64,000 nt of DNA from an uncultured Candidatus Saccharibacteria bacterium (GCA_964532005.1 CAZHER010000001.1:55502-119501), one strand, 5' to 3'; positions 18,983-29,399 are shown, counted from the first letter of the stretch. Numbers and translations are program-made. The notes: generated by a model from the sequence alone, not told the origin.

Positions 18983-21541
18983 TTATGCCGGCACAGGGAT
19001 TTTATTCTTTTTAATTTGCACGTTAATAGCCAGTTCATGCTTTTTTACTTCTACGGTCACAACAGCGCCCTGTCTGAGATTTTGTGAAATTATCATTTCT
19101 GCTAACGGATCGCTGATAAGGTCTTGAATGTTCTTACGAATAAACCTTGCTCCTTGCGCCTTGTCAAAACTTCTTTCAGCTATAAATTTGGATACTGCTG
19201 AACTCGTTTTTAATTCAACATTTTGAGGTTGTAACCGTTTTGCTAGATCTGAGATCTGCATACTGGCTATTTTTTTGAGCTGAGCAAAACCAAGAGGTTG
19301 GAATACAAGAACTTTGTCTATACGGTTAAGCAGTTCTGGTCGTAGCTCTTTTTTTAGGCTCTCCATGACACTTCCTTTAATTGTTTCGTATTCTTTTTCA
19401 AGCTTTAACTTTTCCGGTACTTGTTCATTTTGATCGGCAAAACCAATTTTTGCAGCTTGAAGTGTCAGTTCGCGCATTCCAATGTTTGAAGTCATGATAA
19501 TTACAGTGTTGGCGAAATTTACTCGCTTTCCGCCTGCATCGGTAAGTTGTCCGTCTTCCAGTATTTGTAATAGGATATTGAACACATCGGGATGTGCTTT
19601 TTCAATTTCGTCAAAAAGAATTACTGCATAAGGCCTTCGGCGTACTGCTTCGGTTAGTCTTCCGCCTTCTTCATACCCCACGTAACCAGCAGGGGCGCCG
19701 ATTAACCTTGCAACATTATGGCGTTCCATAAATTCAGACATATCAACTCGAATTAAAGCTTCAGGATCTCCAAATACTTCCTGTGCAATTACTTTGGCTG
19801 TTTCTGTTTTTCCAACACCGGTAGGACCCAAAAATACAAATGATCCTATAGGACGGTGTGGGTCGGTAATGCCGGCTCTGCTCCGTCTTATGGTTTTGGC
19901 AATTTCTATAATTGCTTCGTCTTGACCTACAATGCGAGATTTTAGCGTTTTTTCAAGATTGACTAGTTTTCCAATCTCGTTGTGAGAAAGCCTTTGCAGT
20001 GGAATTTTTGTCATAAGAGAAACAGTGTTGGCTATATCTTCTGCAGAAATGGATTGGGTTGGTTTGAATTCCTGTTCCGATTCGCTTTTTTCAATTTCGG
20101 CTTTCTGTTTTAACAATTTTTCCTCTTGGGTTCGTAAGTGAAGCGCAGTGTTAAAATCTTGAGCCAAAACCGCCTTGGTTTTCTCTTCTTCCAGAGCTTT
20201 GAGATCGTGTTCAATCTTCTTTTTGTTGCGCAGCGCTTTTGATATCCCTTGGCTACTGCGGAGGAAAGCCGCAGTTTCGTCTACTAGATCAACAGCTTTA
20301 TCAGGCAGGAAGTGGTCTTGAATGTACCTGCTTGAAAGTTCAACAGCCGCCAAAATTGCTTCGTCGGAAATGGAGATGTTATGATGTCGTTCGTAATTGG
20401 GCCGCAAGCCTTTTAGAATTTCTACCGATTCTTCTTTGCTCGGCTCTTCAACTAGTATTGGCTGGAATCGGCGTTCTAATGCAGCATCGTGTTCAATATG
20501 TTTTTTGTATTCTGCCAGCGTAGTTGCACCGATTGCTCTAAGCTCGCCGCGAGCTAAAGCTGGCTTTAAAATATTGGCCGCATCCAAGCTCCCTGTTGTT
20601 GCGCCGGCGCCCACCATGGTATGAAGCTCGTCGATAAACAAGATGATGTCCGGATTTGCTTTAACTTCGTCTATGATTTGTTTCAACCTGTTTTCAAATT
20701 CCCCCCTGAACATTGAACCTGCGACAATAAGAGCAAGATCTAGATCAAGAATTTTTTTGTCTAACAAACTGTCGGGAACTTCTCTTTTACTAATGGCTAA
20801 GGCCAGTCCTTCTACTATGGCAGTTTTTCCAACACCTGCTTCGCCAATTAATACCGGATTGTTTTTAGTGCGTCTGCCCAGAATGCTAATTAGGCGTTCA
20901 ATTTCTTTTTTTCGGCCTATGACCGGGTCCACTTGTCCTTGTGCAGCCTTTTTTGTTAAGTCGGTAGTGAAGTATTCCAGCATGTTACCCTTTTTCATAT
21001 CTATGTTTTGAGGCATTCCTTGTTGTTGTCCCTGAGAGCCTGCTGGATGGTTGTGTCCAGGTTCGTTTGGAGAAATTTCAGGGAATTTTGAAATATTCTC
21101 AAACACTGCTAGCAGATTTTGCTCCAATTCCGCAGTATCAATTCCTAATTTAGAAAGAATAACTTTTGCTTTATTGTTTTGTGCAGTTATGAGGCCATAT
21201 AAGAAATGTTCGGTTCCGATAAACTGATAACCATATTGACTTGCAATAATAGCAGATTTTTCTATTGCCAATTTAAGATTTTCTGACAAAATTGGTTTCC
21301 AAGTCGCTGTATGGTTATTGTAATCAATTATTTCTATTTCTTGTCGTACTATTGCCGGAGAAATTTTTGCCTTTATTAAAATTTCTGCTGCAAATGAACT
21401 TTTTTCAGCGATAACTCCATACAAAAGATGTTCCGTTCCAATGTGATCGTGTTGAAGCTCTTCTGATATTAACTGCGCTGAAATAAGCGCATTTTTTGCT
21501 CTGCTTGATAAACGTTCAAGAATAAATGTAAAGTTGTTCAT
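18983..21541 (-). CDS. clpC: ATP-dependent Clp protease ATP-binding subunit ClpC
   Basis: Two Clp-N repeats (IGTEH), [11 protein letters not shown]-type M domain, [11 protein letters not shown] loop. Confidence 0.95.
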   Translation of the reverse strand: MNNFTFILERLSSRAKNALISAQLISEELQHDHIGTEHLLYGVIAEKSSFAAEILIKAKISPAIVRQEIEIIDYNNHTATWKPILSENLKLAIEKSAIIASQYGYQFIGTEHFLYGLITAQNNKAKVILSKLGIDTAELEQNLLAVFENISKFPEISPNEPGHNHPAGSQGQQQGMPQNIDMKKGNMLEYFTTDLTKKAAQGQVDPVIGRKKEIERLISILGRRTKNNPVLIGEAGVGKTAIVEGLALAISKREVPDSLLDKKILDLDLALIVAGSMFRGEFENRLKQIIDEVKANPDIILFIDELHTMVGAGATTGSLDAANILKPALARGELRAIGATTLAEYKKHIEHDAALERRFQPILVEEPSKEESVEILKGLRPNYERHHNISISDEAILAAVELSSRYIQDHFLPDKAVDLVDETAAFLRSSQGISKALRNKKKIEHDLKALEEEKTKAVLAQDFNTALHLRTQEEKLLKQKAEIEKSESEQEFKPTQSISAEDIANTVSLMTKIPLQRLSHNEIGKLVNLEKTLKSRIVGQDEAIIEIAKTIRRSRAGITDPHRPIGSFVFLGPTGVGKTETAKVIAQEVFGDPEALIRVDMSEFMERHNVARLIGAPAGYVGYEEGGRLTEAVRRRPYAVILFDEIEKAHPDVFNILLQILEDGQLTDAGGKRVNFANTVIIMTSNIGMRELTLQAAKIGFADQNEQVPEKLKLEKEYETIKGSVMESLKKELRPELLNRIDKVLVFQPLGFAQLKKIASMQISDLAKRLQPQNVELKTSSAVSKFIAERSFDKAQGARFIRKNIQDLISDPLAEMIISQNLRQGAVVTVEVKKHELAINVQIKKNKIPVPA

Positions 21542-21653
21542 AAAGTAATTTTGGGCAAATTGTGATGCCTAATATACGTTATTATAACATATTTGTCAAG
21601 ACAAGTCTTATTGTTTGATATACTACTTCTGTAATTATAAACGGATACAGTTC

Positions 21654-22148
21654 ATGATTAGTTCCAGAAAACCTAAAAAAAATTTAAAAGAACCAGATTC
21701 ATTAGATCATGGATATGACTATGCCATTTTTTTGCTGGGGCTTCGTATGAGAACTCAGGGCGAGATCGAGTTTAAAATGAGAGAACGAGGGTATTCGCCG
21801 AAAGTAATTGTCAATGTGACAGAACGTCTCCTAGAAAATAAATACATAGACGACGAAGAGTATCTTGAAGTTTATCTGAACAACTTTAAAAATTATGGTA
21901 CATACGGATTGTACATGATAAAAAAGAAATGTATTGAACGCAGGTTGCCTAAAGATTTAGTGGACAAAAAATTGACCCAACTTTTAACTGAAGAAGATGA
22001 GATGATTATTGCCAAACGCTATGCTGAAAAGACACTGGGTACCAGTACAGGAATAAAAAAATTGCCTTATGAACAAAGGCAAAAATTTTTAAGAAAACTT
22101 CTTACTAGAGGTATAAGAATAAGTGTTGGCAAAAAGCTTGCTGGTTAG
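21654..22148 (+). CDS. recX: Regulatory protein RecX
   Basis: 'AIFLLGLRMRTQGEI..YIDDEEY..G...IKK..', C-terminal 'LLTRG'; ATG 21654 preferred. Confidence 0.8.
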   Translation: MISSRKPKKNLKEPDSLDHGYDYAIFLLGLRMRTQGEIEFKMRERGYSPKVIVNVTERLLENKYIDDEEYLEVYLNNFKNYGTYGLYMIKKKCIERRLPKDLVDKKLTQLLTEEDEMIIAKRYAEKTLGTSTGIKKLPYEQRQKFLRKLLTRGIRISVGKKLAG

Positions 22149-23045
22149 TTATGTTCCCATCTGGCGAAGCCTTTTAACACGCTCTTCGATAGGTGGATGG
22201 GTATTGAACAAGTTGGCTAACCAAGATATCTTTCCATCCCTGCCCTTTAAGGGGTTAACAATATAGAGATGGGCTGTTGCTTTATTCGCTGCCTCTAAAG
22301 GCTCTTTGTCAGAACTAATCTTTTCCAAGGCAGAAGCTAAAGCCTCTGGGTATCGGGTAAGCAGTGCTCCCGACGCATCTGCTAAAAACTCCCTTTTCCT
22401 ACTTACTGCTAATTTGATTAGAGTTGCCACTATTGGTGAAAGAATTGCCAGGATAATCCCAATAAGCAGAAAAATTTGATTACCTTTTCCATTGTCGCTA
22501 TCCTTATCGCCCCAAATTGAGATTCGAACAAACCAATCGGCAATGAGAGTGACAATTCCGACAAGTACAACGACCAGGGTCATGAAACGGATATCATAGT
22601 TGCCAATATGTGATAGTTCGTGGGCTGTAACTGCTTCCAGCTCGGATTTATTAAGTTTTTCTAAAATCCCGGTTGTGTAACATATAACAGCATGCTTCGG
22701 GTCACGGCCAGTAGCAAAAGCGTTTGGGGCGCTGTCATTTATTATATAAATCTTAGGCATGGGTAATCCAGCAGTTATTGCCAGGTTTTCTACTGTTCTG
22801 TAGAGTTCTTGATTTGTCTGGCTGGTTACAGGGTGTGCCTTAGAAATTGCCAGGGTTATGGAATCAGAAAAATAATATGAGAAAAGTGATGAAATACTGC
22901 TGAACAGAACTGCAACAACAAGCAGCGCCGGTTCATTGTAGGCAACAGAAAATATCCAGCCTAATCCAATTATAAAAATTAGGAAAACGAAAATGAGCAA
23001 TGCAGAATATGCTCTATTTTTTGATATTTCAGTGTAAGTGAGCAT
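22149..23045 (-). CDS. htpX: Zinc metalloprotease HtpX (M48)
   Basis: PNAFATG, HELSH, SRKREFLAD, THPPIEER. Confidence 0.95.
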   Translation of the reverse strand: MLTYTEISKNRAYSALLIFVFLIFIIGLGWIFSVAYNEPALLVVAVLFSSISSLFSYYFSDSITLAISKAHPVTSQTNQELYRTVENLAITAGLPMPKIYIINDSAPNAFATGRDPKHAVICYTTGILEKLNKSELEAVTAHELSHIGNYDIRFMTLVVVLVGIVTLIADWFVRISIWGDKDSDNGKGNQIFLLIGIILAILSPIVATLIKLAVSRKREFLADASGALLTRYPEALASALEKISSDKEPLEAANKATAHLYIVNPLKGRDGKISWLANLFNTHPPIEERVKRLRQMGT

Positions 23046-23048
23046 TAG

Positions 23049-23597
23049 TTAGAACTTGACTTCAACAGGCTTGCTTTCAGCACCATTGTCATCGATGTCA
23101 AAAAATTGCCGTGCAGTAAATCCCAGCATCTTGGCAAACAAGTTGGTTGGAAAAACTTGGACTTTGGTGTTGAAATCTCTGACATTACCATTGTAGAAAC
23201 GGCGAGCAGCCTGAATTTTGTCTTCAGTATCGGTCAGATCTGACTGAAGCTGCATGAAATTTTGGTTGGATTTAAGATCTGGATAGTTTTCCGCCACCGC
23301 AAACAAACTTTTTAAAGTTCCAGAAAGAATGTTTTCGTCTTTCAGTTTTTCATCCATATTTTGTGCTCCCATGGCTTGGGTTCGGGCTTCGGTAACTTTT
23401 TGTAGCACACCAGATTCCTGGGCAGCATAACCCTTTACGGTATTTACCAAGTTAGGAATTAGATCATAACGACGCTTTAATTGCACTTCAATGTCGCTCC
23501 ATGCTTCGTCTACGCGATTACGGGAAGACACTAAAGAATTATAGATGAACACCAGTATGGCAATAATGGCCACTATTACTATTATTGGTATTAACAT
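23049..23597 (-). CDS. lemA: LemA family protein
   Basis: 'WSDIEVQLKRRYDLIPNLV', 'ENYPDLKS', 'ARRFYN'; paired with htpX. Confidence 0.95.
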   Translation of the reverse strand: MLIPIIVIVAIIAILVFIYNSLVSSRNRVDEAWSDIEVQLKRRYDLIPNLVNTVKGYAAQESGVLQKVTEARTQAMGAQNMDEKLKDENILSGTLKSLFAVAENYPDLKSNQNFMQLQSDLTDTEDKIQAARRFYNGNVRDFNTKVQVFPTNLFAKMLGFTARQFFDIDDNGAESKPVEVKF

Positions 23598-23671
23598 TGT
23601 GTTTAATTAATTTTAATGACTAAGCCAGTAAATCTAGTATATCATGTTAGGGAAAAGATATAAAAATTTGT

Positions 23672-23700
23672 TTGACAAACATCTCCCCTGTAAGTATAAT
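23672..23700 (+). promoter_or_regulatory. Perfect sigma70 promoter
   Basis: TTGACA-17 nt-TATAAT. Confidence 0.85.
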
Positions 23701-23709
23701 ATCTTTAAT

Positions 23710-23811
23710 ATGTTCAATTTTGCTATTCAAGCCATTTCTATCCGTCCAATTTTGACCAAGAATATTGGTCTCCTTGCAGATGGCCTAAGAGTAGCAAAAA
23801 TTACTACATAG
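23710..23811 (+). CDS. Putative 33-aa leader peptide MFNFAIQAISIRPILTKNIGLLADGLRVAKITT
   Basis: ATG 9 nt after -10; overlaps alternative RNA pairings upstream of a terminator. Confidence 0.55.
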   Translation: MFNFAIQAISIRPILTKNIGLLADGLRVAKITT

Positions 23812-23835
23812 AACATAAATCTTCTATATAAACGT

Positions 23836-23878
23836 AAAACCGCTACTAGGGCCAAGCCACAGCAGCGGTTTTTCTTTT
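23836..23878 (+). terminator. Attenuator terminator hairpin with U tract
   Basis: aaaaccgctact...agcagcggtttttctttt. Confidence 0.7.
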
Positions 23879-23955
23879 GTAAGGAAGAAATTCTGAGCAA
23901 ACCGGCTATTTATAGCCAAAAAGAACAAGGGGGAATACTAACATAAGGAGACGTT

Positions 23956-24132
23956 ATGGACGGACATCATTGGTTAGAAAAGTTTCCGGGCAGCAGAAGC
24001 GCGGAATCCAAGAACAGTGAGCCCGAAGCTGTGGAAGAAACTCCGGCAGCTGAGGAAAACAAGGTGGAAAGCACGGTTCCGCAACACCGTTCTTTCTTTG
24101 GCGACCCTGACACAAATTGGGGCATGGAATAA
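23956..24132 (+). CDS. Orphan 58-aa acidic protein (below ORF-track cutoff)
   Basis: SD TAAGGAG 5 nt before ATG; MDGHHWLEKFPG...FFGDPDTNWGME. Confidence 0.6.
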   Translation: MDGHHWLEKFPGSRSAESKNSEPEAVEETPAAEENKVESTVPQHRSFFGDPDTNWGME

Positions 24133-24165
24133 CAACTTCGGTTGAATAAAGAGGAGAGAGATTGT

Positions 24166-24405
24166 ATGGATGAAAAATTGCCGCTTGGATTTGTGGTCCA
24201 CAAAAGCCACAAAACCTTCTACGACACACCATCAGGTGCAAGAGGTTATAATCAACCTCGGCTTCGATGCAGGTGTTGTCGAAAAACCGGGCTCGGATTA
24301 AAATTTGCTTGCAAAAAAGCAACAGAGATCCAGCCTGTCCAGCCGCCGAGCAGCCAGCTCAATGAAACCGCCGAAAATGCCACAGCGATCGCCGTGGCAT
24401 TATAA
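24166..24405 (+). CDS. Orphan 79-aa His/Cys protein, possibly metal-binding
   Basis: SD GAGGAG upstream of ATG 24166; HxxH, CRCC and further C. Confidence 0.6.
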   Translation: MDEKLPLGFVVHKSHKTFYDTPSGARGYNQPRLRCRCCRKTGLGLKFACKKATEIQPVQPPSSQLNETAENATAIAVAL

Positions 24406-24425
24406 GCTCCCTAAATAACTACATT

Positions 24426-24473
24426 AGCGCAACAAGTTTACTCCCACGTAATACTTTTGCGCTTTTTTTTTTT
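24426..24473 (+). terminator. Intrinsic terminator
   Basis: agcgcaacaagt...acttttgcgct followed by long T run. Confidence 0.75.
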
Positions 24474-24499
24474 TGCTTTTATTTATATATAATTAGTTC

Positions 24500-24781
24500 A
24501 TGTTAACTGATGAAGAGGTATTAAAAATAGCAGATCTAGCACGTATCGAATTACAGCCGGAAGAAGTAGAAAAGTTCAAAGCCGGACTTTCTACGGTTTT
24601 AGATTATGTTGCCGATTTGCAAAAAGTAGATACTGAACATTTGGAAATTGTAAGTTCGGTTACCGGGTTGGAAAATATTCAACGGGAGGATGCTCCGATA
24701 GTAGCCGAAAACAGGGGTCAAATTTTGTCCGGGGCCCCAGAAACCAAAGATGGGCTGTATAAAGTTAAATCAATTTTGTAA
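24500..24781 (+). CDS. gatC: Asp/Glu-tRNA amidotransferase subunit C
   Basis: 'EEVLKIADLARIEL', 'RED', precedes gatA. Confidence 0.93.
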   Translation: MLTDEEVLKIADLARIELQPEEVEKFKAGLSTVLDYVADLQKVDTEHLEIVSSVTGLENIQREDAPIVAENRGQILSGAPETKDGLYKVKSIL

Positions 24782-24783
24782 CT

Positions 24784-26253
24784 ATGGAGCGATTAAGCCT
24801 TTCGGAATTTAGGAAGAATTTGGATGCCAAAGAAGTTTCGTCAAAAGAATTGGCGGAATATTTTTTAGGGCAGGTTAAAAATCAAAATCCAGAGTTAAAC
24901 GCATTTATTACAATTACCGAAGAACAAGCACTGGCACAAGCAAAGGAGGCGGATGAGTACATGTCTTCGGGGGGATCTAATCCTGCATTATGCGGAATAC
25001 CATACGCTGTAAAAGATCTTTTTTGCACAGCCGGAGTACGTTCTACTGCTGCTTCTAAAATTTTGGACCAGTATCTTCCTCCCTATGACAGTACCGCTGT
25101 GGTAAAAGCCAAAGAGCAGAAAGCAGTAATGTTAGGAAAAACTAACTTAGATGAATTTGCACATGGTTCTTCTGGCGAAACTTCTGCGTACGGACCGACG
25201 AAAAATCCATGGGACAAAACTAGAATGCCTGGAGGGTCTTCCAGCGGTTCGGCAAGTGCAGTGGCGGGGGGTTTAGTCCCATGGGCATTAGCAACGGAGA
25301 CGGGCGGTAGTATCAGACAGCCCGCATCGCTTACTGGTGTTTCTGGGTGGAAACCAACATATGGCAGAGTGAGTCGCTATGGTGTGATTGCTATGGGTTC
25401 TTCATTAGATAGTCCAGGAGCCATGGCTCGCTCTGTAGAAGACTTGGCAATTGTTGCAGAAGCTATTTCCGGAGAAGATGTCAAAGACGGGACCACAGGC
25501 AAAATATCCGTCCCTTCCTACTTTTCTAATCTTTCCGAAAATGTTAAAGGATTAAAAATAGGTATTCCAGATGAGTACTTTATAGACGGCATGGAATCGG
25601 ACGTCAAGCAGATGGTAATGGAAGGAGTCAAAGAATTGGAAAAATTGGGAGCCCACCTAGTTCCCGTAAGCTTGCCAAACACTAAATACGGCTCTTTAGT
25701 ATATGCTATTGTTTGTCCGAGCGAAGTGAGTTCGAATTTGGCAAGATATGACGGTATACGATACGGTCATGTCAGTGCCGAAGCCAAGGATTTACTGGAA
25801 ATATATATGAAAAGCAGAGCAGAAGGTTTTGGAGATGAGGCAAAACGCAGAATCATGACAGGTACTTATGTTTTGTCAGCTGGGTACTACGATGCATATT
25901 ACAAAAAAGCTCAAAAAGTGCGCCGTTTGATACTAAATGAATTCGAGGAAGTTTTCAAAAAAGTGGATGTGCTGGCAGCCCCATCTAGCCCCAACGTAGC
26001 TCTGCAGCTGGGAACAGCAGCCAATGACCCATTGTTTGGTTATATTGCCGATCAATTAAATATTCCGTCCTCGCTCGCTGGGCTTCCAGGAGTTTCCATG
26101 CCATGTGGTTTTGGTAAGCCGGCGGATGGCGCCGATGTGTTTTTACCGGTTGGATTGCAAATTATGGGCAAGCAGTGGGATGAACAGAAAGTTTTCAATG
26201 TTGGTTACGCGTTTCAAAAAGTAACAGACTGGCATCTTAAGTTTGCACAATAA
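24784..26253 (+). CDS. gatA: Asp/Glu-tRNA amidotransferase subunit A
   Basis: Amidase signature GKTNLDEFA, PGGSSSGS, TGGSIRQPA, SSNLARYDG. Confidence 0.97.
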   Translation: MERLSLSEFRKNLDAKEVSSKELAEYFLGQVKNQNPELNAFITITEEQALAQAKEADEYMSSGGSNPALCGIPYAVKDLFCTAGVRSTAASKILDQYLPPYDSTAVVKAKEQKAVMLGKTNLDEFAHGSSGETSAYGPTKNPWDKTRMPGGSSSGSASAVAGGLVPWALATETGGSIRQPASLTGVSGWKPTYGRVSRYGVIAMGSSLDSPGAMARSVEDLAIVAEAISGEDVKDGTTGKISVPSYFSNLSENVKGLKIGIPDEYFIDGMESDVKQMVMEGVKELEKLGAHLVPVSLPNTKYGSLVYAIVCPSEVSSNLARYDGIRYGHVSAEAKDLLEIYMKSRAEGFGDEAKRRIMTGTYVLSAGYYDAYYKKAQKVRRLILNEFEEVFKKVDVLAAPSSPNVALQLGTAANDPLFGYIADQLNIPSSLAGLPGVSMPCGFGKPADGADVFLPVGLQIMGKQWDEQKVFNVGYAFQKVTDWHLKFAQ

Positions 26254-26255
26254 TT

Positions 26256-27779
26256 ATGGAAATCAAATCAGGCTACAAACCGGTTATAGGATTAGAAATA
26301 CACGTACAACTTGCTACTAAGAGCAAGATGTTTTCACCAGCGCCAAATAACCCTAACGAAAAAGTTCCGAACACCAACATAGATGAAATTGTCACCGCTG
26401 AACCAGGAACTTTGCCAGTGGTAAACAAAGAAGCTGTTCGCCTTGGTGTTATGGTAGGAATGGCTTTAAATTGTGAAATTCCTGAGTTTTCAAAATTTGA
26501 CCGAAAACATTATTTTTATCCCGACCTTCCCAAAGGTTATCAAATTTCTCAGTACGATGAGCCTGTTGCACAGAATGGCTATGTGGACATTGCAATACCT
26601 GACACATCTGCTGAAAGTGGTCAAAGGATAAAAAGAGTTCGTATTACTCGGGCTCATTTGGAGGAGGATGCTGGAAAGAATGTTCATCCAGAAGGGTTGC
26701 CGTATTCCTTGGTTGACTACAATCGCGCCGGAGCGCCGTTGCTTGAAATAGTAACGGAACCAGATATTGAAAGCGCCGAAGAAGCAAAGCTATTTTTGCA
26801 GGAATTACGTAATATTGTTCGTTATGTGGGGGCTAGCGATGCAGATATGGAAAAAGGAACTATGCGCTGTGAGCCGAACATCTCTGTCAGGAAACCTGGC
26901 CAAACCGAATTGCCCAACTATAAGGTTGAGGTGAAAAATATTAACTCTTTTAAGTTTGCTGAAGCTGCAATTAATTATGAAATTCCGAGACAGATTGAAA
27001 TGCTTGAATCAGGCCAAACTCCGAAACAGGTAACAATGGGGTGGAATGAAAAGTTGAATCAAACCGTTGAGCAACGAAGCAAAGAGGAGGCTAATGATTA
27101 CAGATATTTTCCCGATCCAGACTTACCGGTAATGCATTTTATATCGGATTATTTAGAAGATTTACGCGGAAAGTTGCCAGAGCTTCCCGCTGCAAAGCGA
27201 GCGAGGTTTAAAGAAGAATATGGTCTACCCAGTGCCGACATTGAAAATTTAATTTCGTGGAAAGAACTTACATATTATTTTGAAGACACTGTAAGCGAGA
27301 TCAAAGCCTGGCTCGAAGCGGACAGCTCTGCAGGTCAAGTTGAGCAGGACACAACAAAGCTTATTAAGCTTGCAGCCAACTGGTGCTTGCAGGATTTTTC
27401 CGCTTTGTTAAATGCGCAGTCCATTAGTCCTATTGATGCAAAAGTTAGTCCCGAAAACATGGCAGAGTTGATAAAACTCATCAGTGCTGGAACAATTTCG
27501 GCTTCCGCCGCAAAGCAGGTGTTTAAGGTGATGTTTGAAAAGGGCGGGGAACCAGACAATATTGTGCAGGATTTAGGTTTATCGCAAGTCAGTGATGAAA
27601 GCGCAATCACTGCCGCAATACAGAAGGTAGTTACTGACAATGAAAAAGCTGTTGTCGACTTTAAATCTGGCCATGAAAAATCTTTTGGCTTTTTGGTAGG
27701 GATGGTAATGAAAGAAATGAAGGGCCAGGGTAATCCTCAAGTTGTGAATGAGCTGTTGAGGAAAAAACTGTCTGAATAA
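26256..27779 (+). CDS. gatB: Asp/Glu-tRNA amidotransferase subunit B
   Basis: IGLEIHVQL, FDRKHYFYPDLPKGYQISQ, HLEEDAGK, DYRYFPDPDL. Confidence 0.97.
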   Translation: MEIKSGYKPVIGLEIHVQLATKSKMFSPAPNNPNEKVPNTNIDEIVTAEPGTLPVVNKEAVRLGVMVGMALNCEIPEFSKFDRKHYFYPDLPKGYQISQYDEPVAQNGYVDIAIPDTSAESGQRIKRVRITRAHLEEDAGKNVHPEGLPYSLVDYNRAGAPLLEIVTEPDIESAEEAKLFLQELRNIVRYVGASDADMEKGTMRCEPNISVRKPGQTELPNYKVEVKNINSFKFAEAAINYEIPRQIEMLESGQTPKQVTMGWNEKLNQTVEQRSKEEANDYRYFPDPDLPVMHFISDYLEDLRGKLPELPAAKRARFKEEYGLPSADIENLISWKELTYYFEDTVSEIKAWLEADSSAGQVEQDTTKLIKLAANWCLQDFSALLNAQSISPIDAKVSPENMAELIKLISAGTISASAAKQVFKVMFEKGGEPDNIVQDLGLSQVSDESAITAAIQKVVTDNEKAVVDFKSGHEKSFGFLVGMVMKEMKGQGNPQVVNELLRKKLSE

Positions 27780-27784
27780 TGAAT

Positions 27785-28687
27785 TTAAAAGTTTATCTGT
27801 TCGGTAGGTTTTGACAACCAAATAATATTCTTGTTTCTTTTCCACCACGTCATTTGCCTTTTTGAATATTGGTTGATTGCGATTTCCAGTTTTGTTTCGG
27901 TTTCTTTTTTATCCATTTTATTCTGCAAATACAAACTTCCAAATCTATATTCAAGGCCAAGGTTCCACATTCTTTGCCAAGAAACCCCTTGTTTATGCAA
28001 GATTTTGATTTCGTGAAACATGCCGTTTTTTATTCTTTGAGCAAGTCTAAGTTTAATCTTATTTCGTAGTGTCTCAGGTTCGGTTTTTATCCCAATCCAT
28101 TTTACGGTATAAGGACTGCCATGCTTCACTTTCGGAATTGACTTACCGGTGCTTGTAATAATTTCTATGGCCCGTATGAGTCGGCGCGGATTTTTTGCAT
28201 CAATTTTTTTTGCCCTAGCAGGGTCTAGTTTTGTTAGCTTGGCATACAGCTGCTTAGCAGTAAGTTTTTCAAGTTTTCGTCTTAGTGTATGATTTGGTTT
28301 GACTTTAGGGAACCGTTGTTCGTATATGACAGCATCTAGCCAATGTGCTGTGCCACCGCAAAGAATCGGAACTTTTTTTCTTTTTAGAATTGCTGTTATG
28401 ACCTTTTTCCCATACTTTTGGAATTGGGCAACGCTATACTGCCTTTTAGGACTGGCAATGTCTATTCCGTAATGGACAACTCCTTTGTACAGGTAGATTG
28501 TTTTTCCATCTTTTTTTGTCCATCGACCGCTAATTTTGCCAGTGCCTATGTCCATGCCACGGTAAATTTGCCTGCTGTCTACTGATAACACTTCACCTCC
28601 CAGTTTTTTAGCCAATTTTACAGCCAATTCGCTCTTACCGCTTGCAGTAGGGCCGACTACAGCAATTATTTTTGGTTTCATGTCCAT
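27785..28687 (-). CDS. miaA: tRNA dimethylallyltransferase
   Basis: GPTASGKS, DSRQIYRGMDIGTGK, YSKRQMTW; start chosen near P-loop. Confidence 0.95.
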   Translation of the reverse strand: MDMKPKIIAVVGPTASGKSELAVKLAKKLGGEVLSVDSRQIYRGMDIGTGKISGRWTKKDGKTIYLYKGVVHYGIDIASPKRQYSVAQFQKYGKKVITAILKRKKVPILCGGTAHWLDAVIYEQRFPKVKPNHTLRRKLEKLTAKQLYAKLTKLDPARAKKIDAKNPRRLIRAIEIITSTGKSIPKVKHGSPYTVKWIGIKTEPETLRNKIKLRLAQRIKNGMFHEIKILHKQGVSWQRMWNLGLEYRFGSLYLQNKMDKKETETKLEIAINQYSKRQMTWWKRNKNIIWLSKPTEQINF

Positions 28688-28740
28688 GGTGCTATAATTT
28701 GAGAAAAGCATACCATATTTGAAAATTAATTTCTAAGCTT

Positions 28741-29298
28741 ATGCAAAACAAAATTTTATATACAATACTGGCGGTTCTAGTAGTCGCTCTTATTGGTTTG
28801 TATATCTACGGTAAAAACCAGGCACAAGCGCCGACAGTTGAGACTCATAACGAAAATCAAAACACTGCATCGTTGCTCACAGCCCCAGAAAATATTAATT
28901 CCAATCCGTCTGCAAATAATGCTAGCACTCAAGCTAATGCTGAAACTGAAAATAACCAAAACTCAAATTCTAACAGTCAAGGACAGTATTCCGATGAGTC
29001 GGACATACAAGGGAATGACGCTGCCGTGCAGGAGATTATATACGACGGTTCCAAGTTCAGCCCCTCTTCTATGACAGTAAAAAAAGGGGACATAGTAATT
29101 TTTAAAAATAACAGCGATGGCGGGTTTTGGCCTGCTTCCGGACCTCACCCTTCCCACACCAATTACCCTGAATTTGATGCAAAATCTTCAGTGGGGGCAG
29201 GAAAAACTTTTCAATTCAAATTTAACAAGGTTGGAAATTGGCCATTTCATGACCATTTAAATCCATCAGCAACAGGCAGCATCAAAGTCACTGAATAA
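28741..29298 (+). CDS. Membrane-anchored cupredoxin-fold protein with atypical ligand set
   Basis: TM, Asn-rich linker, 'FSPSSMTVKKGDIVIFKN', 'GNWPFHDHLNP..TGSIKV'. Confidence 0.8.
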   Translation: MQNKILYTILAVLVVALIGLYIYGKNQAQAPTVETHNENQNTASLLTAPENINSNPSANNASTQANAETENNQNSNSNSQGQYSDESDIQGNDAAVQEIIYDGSKFSPSSMTVKKGDIVIFKNNSDGGFWPASGPHPSHTNYPEFDAKSSVGAGKTFQFKFNKVGNWPFHDHLNPSATGSIKVTE

Positions 29299-29312
29299 AG
29301 GATTTAGTAAAA

Positions 29313-29349
29313 GAACTCTCTAATTTTTTAAGTTTAGAGAGTTTTTTTG
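29313..29349 (+). terminator. Intrinsic terminator
   Basis: aactctctaa...ttagagagtt followed by T run. Confidence 0.7.
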
Positions 29350-29399
29350 GTTAGTATGGAAAAAATGTTATAATTTATTGGTAATTGGGAGAAGTTAGC

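Noticed and set aside
21575-21625. CtsR/HrcA operator between clpC and recX (aagacaagtctt palindrome)
   Set aside because: Only a partial match to the CtsR heptads, no CIRCE, and no regulator gene nearby
23954-24322. Three minus-strand ORFs over the small-gene cassette
   Set aside because: Promoter, SD sites and terminators all favour the plus strand
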